Origin: Vibrio vulnificus CMCP6 | GTDB lineage: Bacteria > Pseudomonadota > Gammaproteobacteria > Enterobacterales > Vibrionaceae | Assembly: GCF_000039765.1 (NCBI RefSeq) | Contig: NC_004460.2 | Location: 1,020,001 to 1,052,000, forward strand | DNA length: 32,000 nucleotides | Direction of reading: 5' to 3' | Shown: one piece after another, positions 23,964 to 32,000 of the stretch | How positions within the stretch are numbered: the stretch's first letter is position 1 | Layout of the letters: each line of letters starts with the position of its first letter | The notes under the pieces: model-generated | What the model was told of the DNA's origin: nothing | The model's input: the letters and a program-made list of their open reading frames with translations, nothing else | Database searches by the model: none | Translations under genes and position numbers: made by a program

Positions 23964-24848
23964 CTATGTGTACACTTTTGATAAATGACTCAATATTTCG
24001 ATAGCGCTCTTTTTCTTGGCTCCACGCAGCTTGCTCATGGCCTCGACAATCAGCATATCGCGAACGTGCTGCACTTGGCGCAGTTGATGGAACTCTGGGA
24101 ACTGACGCATCTCGCTAGTAAAGTTAACGTGTGAGCTTAAGTGGAAACCGAGCTTAACTCGAAAGCCGATAGCAACGGGAAAATCACGAATTTTGTTTAC
24201 ATCTTCTAGGATATGATACTGATATTCCGACAACCCAAGCACTCGAGAAATGGTTTCGACCGGAATATTGTACTCCTCTCGAAAACGTTTTACGGTGATG
24301 GCAACCGAGCGGTAGTAATCAATGGCAAAGGCGTGAATATCTAAGACAGGCGGGGGTAATAAGTCATTATAGTTGGCCAATAACGAGCATTGGGATTCCA
24401 GATCCGCTTTAAAGGCGAGAAACTCTTGCCGTGTGGCTTCGTCCATTAAATTCGCCACCAACTCTAAATAGAGATTGAACTGATCACTGGGCAAACGGCC
24501 GATACACAGCAACGCTTCGATGGCTTTGTCATCCATGCCACGATACTGTTCTTTCATTTTCAGGCCATAATAAAACGTCGTCATGGGGACCATCATCACC
24601 CACGTCAGTGCCGCGACGACGTGAATGGGTCGCATTGATGGGTAACTTTGCTGCATGTAGCGCTTGAGCGTAGAGCCATTGATACCAGAAAAGCGACTTT
24701 CCAGTTGTTCAAATGAGACCCCTTGAGCACGCCTAACATAGGACATCGATACGGCCATGTCGGTATCGATGCTTTTTAGTAGCATGTCCATTTTTTCGAT
24801 TTCTTGATCAGAAACCGCTACGTTGACCCGCTCAGCTCCGTTTTTCAT
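23964..24848 (-). CDS. Hypothetical protein with two HTH-like (XRE-type) segments; possible DNA-binding regulator
   Basis: A 294-aa ORF. The segments YVRRAQGVSFEQLESRFSGINGSTLKRYMQQ (near aa 37-67) and VKRFREEYNIPVETISRVLGLSEYQYHILED (near aa 187-217) both read like XRE helix-turn-helix units. The Shine-Dalgarno sequence is weak and the family is not recognised. Confidence 0.6.
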   Translation of the reverse strand: MKNGAERVNVAVSDQEIEKMDMLLKSIDTDMAVSMSYVRRAQGVSFEQLESRFSGINGSTLKRYMQQSYPSMRPIHVVAALTWVMMVPMTTFYYGLKMKEQYRGMDDKAIEALLCIGRLPSDQFNLYLELVANLMDEATRQEFLAFKADLESQCSLLANYNDLLPPPVLDIHAFAIDYYRSVAITVKRFREEYNIPVETISRVLGLSEYQYHILEDVNKIRDFPVAIGFRVKLGFHLSSHVNFTSEMRQFPEFHQLRQVQHVRDMLIVEAMSKLRGAKKKSAIEILSHLSKVYT

Positions 24849-25400
24849 CGCTCTGTCTACAACTCATCCAACAGTCATTCACCTGACACTGTTTCTTATT
24901 GGTTTGGCCAGAGGAAGAAACAGAACAAAAGCTCTAATATCAATACGATACAACCGAATCTCGTTTAAAACGATGTTGAGCAGTTGTAACAATTTATGAA
25001 TTTAGATTTGGTGAGAGACCATATCAAATGTCTGGATTATGATCCAGTCTCTGCTGTTTTCTTCACCAACAATTTGATTTTCATCTTATTATTGAACGCC
25101 ATACCAAATATTTAGGCATTAAAAATCAAAGCTTTATTCCAAAAACACATAGAGTATACCAATTGGTAACTGGCGTTATCGCGGCCATAGACTGGCCACG
25201 AATCTGAACTGTATGGAAAGATAAATATACGTTTTTACTCAATAAATATTACGGATTCCTCAAAGGTAGCAATGACGAGACAGTTTGACTTTTCGTTGTT
25301 TCAAACACCGCTCACGTTAGCTCTATACTCTAACCTGACCTTGCTGGACCATCGGTTAAAGCCACTGCCTGCCTCCATGGCTAGATACGTCTGATCGTTC

Positions 25401-26303
25401 TCAGTAGAGCTCTTCACTGGCTCGGTCAAACAGCTGGGCTATCGTTGGTGCTTGGCTCCAACACCATTGCTCGGGCAGACATATCGCTTGATGATGTTGC
25501 GTGTAATCGCTGGCCATCTCACTATCCGAGTTGGCACTCATCCGCGCCAGCTCATCCAACAACTGCCATTCGCTTTCCGACGCAATAGGATGCATCGGTT
25601 GTTCTATCATCCCCCAACCGCAGTCCCAAGCCAGTAGTTCCATTGATGTCAGCGCAAATAAATCGCGCACCAGGTTGGCTTTCAGATAGGGCGTGCCACG
25701 AAGCTGCATAATGCCACATCGCTTTGCTACCACTTTGCCTTCTCGAACGGCCAGCCACATCTCACCAGCCGTCAGGAAAATGCCATCGGGTAGATCAAGT
25801 GGGTCAAAGTCGAACTTCAAGACTTGCTGGTGAATGTCATCTAGCTGTGGGTCAACCTTAATCCATCGTTGCTGCTGGGTATGCCAATACTCGCAAATCC
25901 AATGATCTTCCCATTTTCCTCGGCGTAGATAGCAAGCAAAACCGCATCTCAACCGCGCAGGAATACCATGATGACGCAGCAAACTGCACAGTAGCAGTGA
26001 GAAATCCCGGCAGATACCAATCACTCGTTTGGCTTGCGGTTTATCACCTAATACCCATCCTTCAGTACGCTTGGCTAACTCTGCCAAGATCTCTTGCGCC
26101 GTTCTCAGTTGCATCTCACTAAACCGCTCGCTGAATGGCTTGGAGACGCCATATTTTTCAAGCCAGTAGGCATGAATCAGGTTATGCTGAACCAAACGAA
26201 CCATTGCGGCAATATCGTCTGGTATCGGATGTTCTGTATTGAGAAATTGGCCGGGGTGGGTAAAAAAGCTTTGTTGCGTGTATTTCGCCAACTGTGTTTC
26301 CAT
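25401..26303 (-). CDS. Transglutaminase-like (Cys-His-Asp) domain protein
   Basis: 300 aa. The core GICRDFSLLLCSLLRHHGIPARLRCGF ... EDHWICEYW ... RWIKVDP matches the Cys / His / Asp layout of the transglutaminase-like cysteine protease fold. Confidence 0.8.
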   Translation of the reverse strand: METQLAKYTQQSFFTHPGQFLNTEHPIPDDIAAMVRLVQHNLIHAYWLEKYGVSKPFSERFSEMQLRTAQEILAELAKRTEGWVLGDKPQAKRVIGICRDFSLLLCSLLRHHGIPARLRCGFACYLRRGKWEDHWICEYWHTQQQRWIKVDPQLDDIHQQVLKFDFDPLDLPDGIFLTAGEMWLAVREGKVVAKRCGIMQLRGTPYLKANLVRDLFALTSMELLAWDCGWGMIEQPMHPIASESEWQLLDELARMSANSDSEMASDYTQHHQAICLPEQWCWSQAPTIAQLFDRASEELY

Positions 26304-26441
26304 AACGTCCCTGTTACGTTTTTCTTTTAGTATATGGGACTTGTTGCGCTAACACGTGACGGTTCTTGCGGTCTCCCTCGCAGCAAAAATACCAACTATT
26401 TACAGTTCGCTTTTTAAACAGAAATTATTAAGGAGAGAGTC

Positions 26442-26978
26442 ATGTACAGTGAGGTTCTGACATTTTGGTTTGAACAGCTACAACCGAAAGATTGGTTTTC
26501 TGGCGGTGACGATACCGATCGCATGATCACTGATAAGTTTCGCTCGCTGTTAATGCAAGCGGCACAGTGTGAATTGGTAGAATGGCGGCAACATCCTCAA
26601 GGACGGTTGGCAGAGATCATCGTGCTCGATCAATTTTCTCGAAATGTTTTCCGTGGCACGCCACAAGCCTTCGCTCAAGATCCGCTGGCGCTGGCTCTCG
26701 CTCAGGAAGCCGTAGCCCTCGGAGCCGATGGCGAACTGTCACTCCAAGAGAAAAGCTTTCTCTACATGCCATACATGCACAGTGAATCGCCGTTCATCCA
26801 TCAAGAAGCGGTGCGCTTATTTGCACAACCTGGGCTGGAGCACAACTACGATTTCGAGCTGCGCCACAAAGCCATTATCGATCAGTTTGGCCGCTACCCT
26901 CACCGCAATGCCATTTTAGGCCGCGAGAGCACTCCGGAAGAGGTGGAATTTCTCAAACAGCCGGGTTCAGGATTCTAG
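26442..26978 (+). CDS. DUF924 family protein
   Basis: 178 aa with an AAGGAGAG Shine-Dalgarno sequence. VL.FWF....P.DWF and GRLAEIIVLDQFSRNVFRGT plus the C-terminal GRYPHRNAILGR.ST.EE..FL are hallmark DUF924 blocks as I recall them. Confidence 0.85.
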   Translation: MYSEVLTFWFEQLQPKDWFSGGDDTDRMITDKFRSLLMQAAQCELVEWRQHPQGRLAEIIVLDQFSRNVFRGTPQAFAQDPLALALAQEAVALGADGELSLQEKSFLYMPYMHSESPFIHQEAVRLFAQPGLEHNYDFELRHKAIIDQFGRYPHRNAILGRESTPEEVEFLKQPGSGF

Positions 26979-27002
26979 CAACCGTATCTAACTAAGAACG
27001 GT

Positions 27003-27032
27003 AACGAAAACAGAGGCACACGACGGTGCCTC
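27003..27032 (-). terminator. Terminator hairpin between the convergent DUF924 and protease genes
   Basis: GAGGCAC/GTGCCTC stem (27013-27019 and 27026-27032). A T-rich tail (TGTTTTCG) is present only on the minus strand. Confidence 0.65.
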
Positions 27033-27060
27033 CTCTCATATCGGTATCTCTAACGTCAGA

Positions 27061-28974
<1,914 letters not shown>

Positions 28975-29150
28975 TCAGAAAATAACCACCAGCCAACTTC
29001 ACCAAAAAAATGTTTTTACGCCCTGTATAGAAACTCTGACGCAATGTTATACAAAGAATCCATCTCACTGCGATTTCGTTTCAAATTTAATTTTATAAAT
29101 CATAGCGATAAACACTAGTAATAAAATTGTGCTTTTTCTTTTTTACGCAG

Positions 29151-29169
29151 ATTTATCAATAAGATAAAT
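29151..29169. promoter_or_regulatory. Palindrome containing a perfect LuxR/HapR/SmcR-type half-site
   Basis: ATTTATC-AATAA-GATAAAT has 7-bp perfect arms. TTTATCAATAA equals one half of the recalled TetR-type quorum regulator consensus TTATTGATAAA-TTTATCAATAA. The site lies about 265 bp upstream of the protease ATG and about 75 bp upstream of the dehydrogenase ATG. Confidence 0.3.
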
Positions 29170-29238
29170 GGGACAGTCATCTCAGAAATAAAGTTACAAA
29201 TTTGATTTATTAATGTTACATGCATGTAGGAAATAACT

Positions 29239-30225
29239 ATGAAAATCGCCATTCTCGACGACTACCAAGATCAAGTTCGTCAGCTTGAGTGCTTTGCCGC
29301 ACTCGCTCCCTTTGAGGTAACCGTGTTTCACCACACTGAAACTGATGAGGCCATCCTCGCCAGCGCGCTAACTGAATTTGATGCCTTGGTGTTGATCCGT
29401 GAGCGCACAGCCATCACCGCTTCCCTCTTAGCGAAGCTGCCAAACTTAAAACTCATTAGCCAAACAGGGAAAATCAGTAATCATTTGGATCTTCACGCGT
29501 GCAATCATGCCAACGTTGCGGTGGCAGAAGGCGTGGGCTCGCCAATTGCTCCGTCAGAGCTTTGCTGGGCACTGATCATGGCTGCAAGCCGAGAGATAGT
29601 CAGCTACGCGCAGCAGTTGCAGCAAGGTGAATGGCAACAAAATCAAACGCACCGTTTAGGTCGAACGCTGCATGGTCAAACCATCGGCATTTGGGGATAT
29701 GGCAAAATCGGCCAACGTATCGCGGGCTATGCCAAAGCCTTTGGTCTTCAAGTGATGGTTTGGGGCAGTGAGTCCTCACGTCGCCAAGCGCAAGAGGATG
29801 GCTTTCTCGCCGCTGACAGCAAAGAAGCGTTTTTCCAACAGTGTGATATTGTCTCTCTGCATTTGCGGCTCAACGCGGCAACACACGCCATTGTCAAAGC
29901 TTCCGATTTGGCCGCGATGAAACCGGGCAGTTTGTTTGTTAACATCAGCCGAGCCGAGTTAGTGGAAGCGGGTGCTCTGTTTCAAGAGATGCAGCTCCGC
30001 TCAGACAAGTTCGCGGCCATCGACGTCTATCATCATGAACCCGCGACAATGGCGCAAGAACCGATTCTGACCTTGCCCAACGTATTGTGCACGCCGCACA
30101 TCGGCTACGTAGAACAAAACAGTTATGAACTATACTTCCGCTATGCGTTCGACAATATTGTGGCGTTTGCTCATGGCCAAGCGCAAAATATCGTCAATCC
30201 AGAAGTGTTGTCCCGCACGGAGTGA
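29239..30225 (+). CDS. D-isomer-specific 2-hydroxyacid dehydrogenase family, NAD-binding
   Basis: 328 aa with a Rossmann motif GIWGYGKIGQRIA. The catalytic-type R (NISRAELV), E and H (CTPHIGY) are placed as in D-2-HADH enzymes. Confidence 0.88.
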   Translation: MKIAILDDYQDQVRQLECFAALAPFEVTVFHHTETDEAILASALTEFDALVLIRERTAITASLLAKLPNLKLISQTGKISNHLDLHACNHANVAVAEGVGSPIAPSELCWALIMAASREIVSYAQQLQQGEWQQNQTHRLGRTLHGQTIGIWGYGKIGQRIAGYAKAFGLQVMVWGSESSRRQAQEDGFLAADSKEAFFQQCDIVSLHLRLNAATHAIVKASDLAAMKPGSLFVNISRAELVEAGALFQEMQLRSDKFAAIDVYHHEPATMAQEPILTLPNVLCTPHIGYVEQNSYELYFRYAFDNIVAFAHGQAQNIVNPEVLSRTE

Positions 30226-30259
30226 CGTTACCACTAACGTCTGTTGGCCATGTGTAAGG

Positions 30260-30283
30260 TCTGTTGGCCATATGGCAGACAGA
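30260..30283. promoter_or_regulatory. Imperfect 24-bp palindrome, with an overlapping 13-bp direct repeat, upstream of rof
   Basis: TCTGT-TG-GCCATATGGC-AG-ACAGA is 20/24 symmetric. GTCTGTTGGCCAT occurs twice, 20 bp apart (30239-30251 and 30259-30271). Confidence 0.3.
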
Positions 30284-30328
30284 GCTCGATCACCTGCAAG
30301 CACAGACCAACCCTTTAGAGGAAACTCA

Positions 30329-30577
30329 ATGATCAGTTGCAATCAATATGACTATTTGGAAATCGCTTGTCTCTACCGTATCGGGGTTTGCCTCACGTTA
30401 AAAGACGGCAGCGAGATCTCTGGCGTGCCAGTCAACACTGGTTTTAATGAACATAAGCAGGAGTGCTTGGAAGTCGAGACGGGAGGAGATGCACTGTGGG
30501 TACCGACCGACATGATTTTAACCATGCAAGCGCTAACAGAAAATCCTCATTTTACTAAGATTGAGTTTGAGCAATAG
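30329..30577 (+). CDS. rof: Rho-binding antiterminator Rof (YaeO)
   Basis: 82 aa from MISCNQYDYLEIACLYR..., preceded by an AGAGGAAA Shine-Dalgarno sequence. The C..YD.LE.AC ... L.LKDG pattern matches E. coli Rof as recalled. Confidence 0.8.
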   Translation: MISCNQYDYLEIACLYRIGVCLTLKDGSEISGVPVNTGFNEHKQECLEVETGGDALWVPTDMILTMQALTENPHFTKIEFEQ

Positions 30578-30669
30578 CGGTCATTGATGTCACTTTGAAA
30601 TTCGCCCTCTTACGCACGAGGAGCAACAAAACTTTTTTCTAGACCCGCCCATAGAAAAACAAAAAAACA

Positions 30670-30704
30670 AAGGGGTTAGAGTCGCTTCTAGACCCCTTAT
30701 TTTG
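30670..30704 (+). terminator. Rho-independent terminator after rof
   Basis: AAGGGGT/ACCCCTT stem (30670-30676 and 30692-30698), followed by ATTTTGG. An A-rich tract precedes it. Confidence 0.7.
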
Positions 30705-30803
30705 GCGATTTAAGCCACTTGTAAGTCTTTGTTTTTAAACAAGCTATTTTTGTGGATTTTCAATAACTTAAGATGATAGCCTTGGCTCAACTAAGGAGTT
30801 GAT

Positions 30804-31460
30804 ATGAAGTACCAAGGGCAACACTTCCATCGCGAAGATTTCTCAAACCAAGATTTGCAGCAAGCCATTTTTGACCACTGCCATTTCATTGAGTGCAACT
30901 TTGATCGAGCCGATCTCACCGACAGCCAGTTTATCCATTGTCGTTTTATCGAAGCGTCATCCATAGAAGGATGCAGTTTCCGCTACACCAAACTGCGAGA
31001 GGCCAGTTTTAAGCACTGTATGATGGCAATGGCTCAATTTACTGGCGCAGACTGTTTCGGCATTGAGTTTCGCGAATGCGATTTAAAGGGCTCCAATTTC
31101 AGCCAAGCCAACTTCTCGAATCGCATTAGTCATAAAGCCTATTTTTGCTCCGCCTACATCACTGGCTGCAACTTGAATTACAGTAATTTTGAACGCGCCA
31201 TGTTAGAAAAGTGTGATCTGTTTGAAAATCGCTGGCGAGGCGCCAATCTTTCGGGTGCCAGTCTCAAAGGCTCTGATTTATCACGAGGCGAATTTTCCCC
31301 AGAGCAATGGGGCAGCTTCATTGTTGAAGAGTGTGACTTAACCCATATCGAACTCGATGGGCTGGATGTTCGCCGCGTGTCACTGCACGGTGCGAAGATA
31401 TGTGACTGGCAACAAGCTCAGCTGTTGGAGTCGTTTGGCCTGATTGTGGTACCTGGCTGA
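30804..31460 (+). CDS. qnr: Qnr-family pentapeptide repeat protein (DNA gyrase protection; quinolone resistance determinant type)
   Basis: 218 aa, the canonical Qnr length. The protein is collinear with QnrA as recalled: EDFS.QDL, CFGIEFRECDLKGSNFS, YFCSAYITGCNL, LFEN.W..ANLSGASLKGSDLSRG.FS, LDGLD.RRV.L.G.KIC.WQQ.QLLE..G.IV.P. AAGGAG Shine-Dalgarno sequence. Confidence 0.92.
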   Translation: MKYQGQHFHREDFSNQDLQQAIFDHCHFIECNFDRADLTDSQFIHCRFIEASSIEGCSFRYTKLREASFKHCMMAMAQFTGADCFGIEFRECDLKGSNFSQANFSNRISHKAYFCSAYITGCNLNYSNFERAMLEKCDLFENRWRGANLSGASLKGSDLSRGEFSPEQWGSFIVEECDLTHIELDGLDVRRVSLHGAKICDWQQAQLLESFGLIVVPG

Positions 31461-31488
31461 TTATCCCTTGACAATGAAGGAGCAACCG

Positions 31489-31806
31489 ATGATACAAAAT
31501 CTCTTCGACAACTTACCGAGCTCGTTAGACCAAGAACAATTTGATGACATACTCAAGCTGGATAATGTGCGTATTGAACGCATTGTGTCCCACGGACATC
31601 ATTCCCCAGAAACCGGCTGGTATGATCAAGAGGAACATGAATGGGTCGTGATTTTACAAGGTGAAGGGGAGATTGAGTTCGAAGCTGGGAATATCGTGCA
31701 CTTAACCAAAGGGGAGCATCTTTTTATTCCGGCCCATCAAAAACACAAAGTTCGCTGGACAACGCCCAGCGAACAAACCATTTGGTTGGCGGTGTTTTTT
31801 TCATAA
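31489..31806 (+). CDS. Small cupin domain protein
   Basis: 105 aa from MIQNLF, with an AAGGAG Shine-Dalgarno sequence 7 nt upstream. The gene starts 28 nt after the qnr stop, so co-transcription is likely. Cupin-like motifs are present: G.H....W...EEHEWVVILQGEGEIEF and HLFIPAHQKHKV. Confidence 0.8.
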   Translation: MIQNLFDNLPSSLDQEQFDDILKLDNVRIERIVSHGHHSPETGWYDQEEHEWVVILQGEGEIEFEAGNIVHLTKGEHLFIPAHQKHKVRWTTPSEQTIWLAVFFS

Positions 31807-31857
31807 ACGGGCTTTCTTATAAACGGGCTTTCTTATAAACGGGCTTTCTCATAAACA
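31803..31857 (+). repeat. 16-bp tandem repeat, about 3.4 copies
   Basis: ATAAACGGGCTTTCTT twice, then ATAAACGGGCTTTCTC, then a partial ATAAACA. The first unit contains the cupin stop codon TAA (31804-31806). Confidence 0.95.
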
Positions 31858-31875
31858 GAATGCCTCCACGAACAG

Positions 31876-31924
31876 CCCCCTTTTGCCAGCTCGGTTCACT
31901 CGCCGCACCACTGGCAAAAGGGGG
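31876..31924. repeat. Perfect 14-bp inverted repeat with a 21-nt spacer
   Basis: CCCCCTTTTGCCAG (31876-31889) and CTGGCAAAAGGGGG (31911-31924). No U-tract follows on either strand. Confidence 0.9.
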
Positions 31925-32000
31925 ATTCGGTTAGGTACGAATATGTTTAATAACACCGTTGAGATCGTCAACGTTACGTTGCAGATCGACGACAATTGGA

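Noticed and set aside
30578-30803. Search for a LexA/SOS box (CTGT-N8-ACAG) upstream of qnr, as is known for some qnr genes
   Set aside because: I found no such motif by eye. The region contains only the rof terminator and a duplicated TTCTAGACCC decamer, so I make no claim of SOS control.
31931-32000. Possible 3' end of a minus-strand gene (...PIVVDLQRNVDDLNGVIKHIRT*) entering from the right window edge
   Set aside because: Only 23 codons are visible, which is too short to separate from chance or to assign a family. It is mentioned only as context for the 14-bp inverted repeat.

Overview
This window looks like a Vibrionaceae (Vibrio-type) chromosomal segment. The inference rests on a 609-aa HapA/VvpE/EmpA-type vibriolysin, a chromosomal 218-aa Qnr pentapeptide-repeat protein, UPF0251 and NqrM-like genes, and a mid-range GC content judged by eye. 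I call 36 protein-coding genes. They form a mosaic of small, independently regulated units: two LysR regulators, one AraC regulator, transporters (one MFS, two DMT/EamA), and redox or stress enzymes (di-haem cytochrome c peroxidase, Fpr, NfsB, an ABM monooxygenase). There are also several alpha/beta hydrolases, a secreted M4 metalloprotease, a RhlE-like DEAD-box helicase, Rof and Qnr. I recognised no rRNA, tRNA, CRISPR array, transposase, integrase or integron attC-like repeat. I do not see a canonical defence, secretion or biosynthetic cluster. The best candidates for something undescribed are as follows. (1) A translationally coupled UPF0251(DUF134) / NifX-like / NqrM-like operon at 1410-2360 that sits away from any nqr or nif genes. 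(2) A 30-bp element, 26/30 identical, placed at the same offset upstream of two unrelated plus-strand genes (5115 and 8946). (3) A visibly AT-rich single-gene acyltransferase islet bracketed by about 20-bp direct repeats (11525 and 12804). (4) A lower-GC islet at 22744-25400 that encodes an atypical alpha/beta hydrolase, a small acidic protein and an orphan protein with two HTH-like segments behind a roughly 550-bp non-coding region. All family assignments come from reading the translations and from recalled family motifs; no database search was run.
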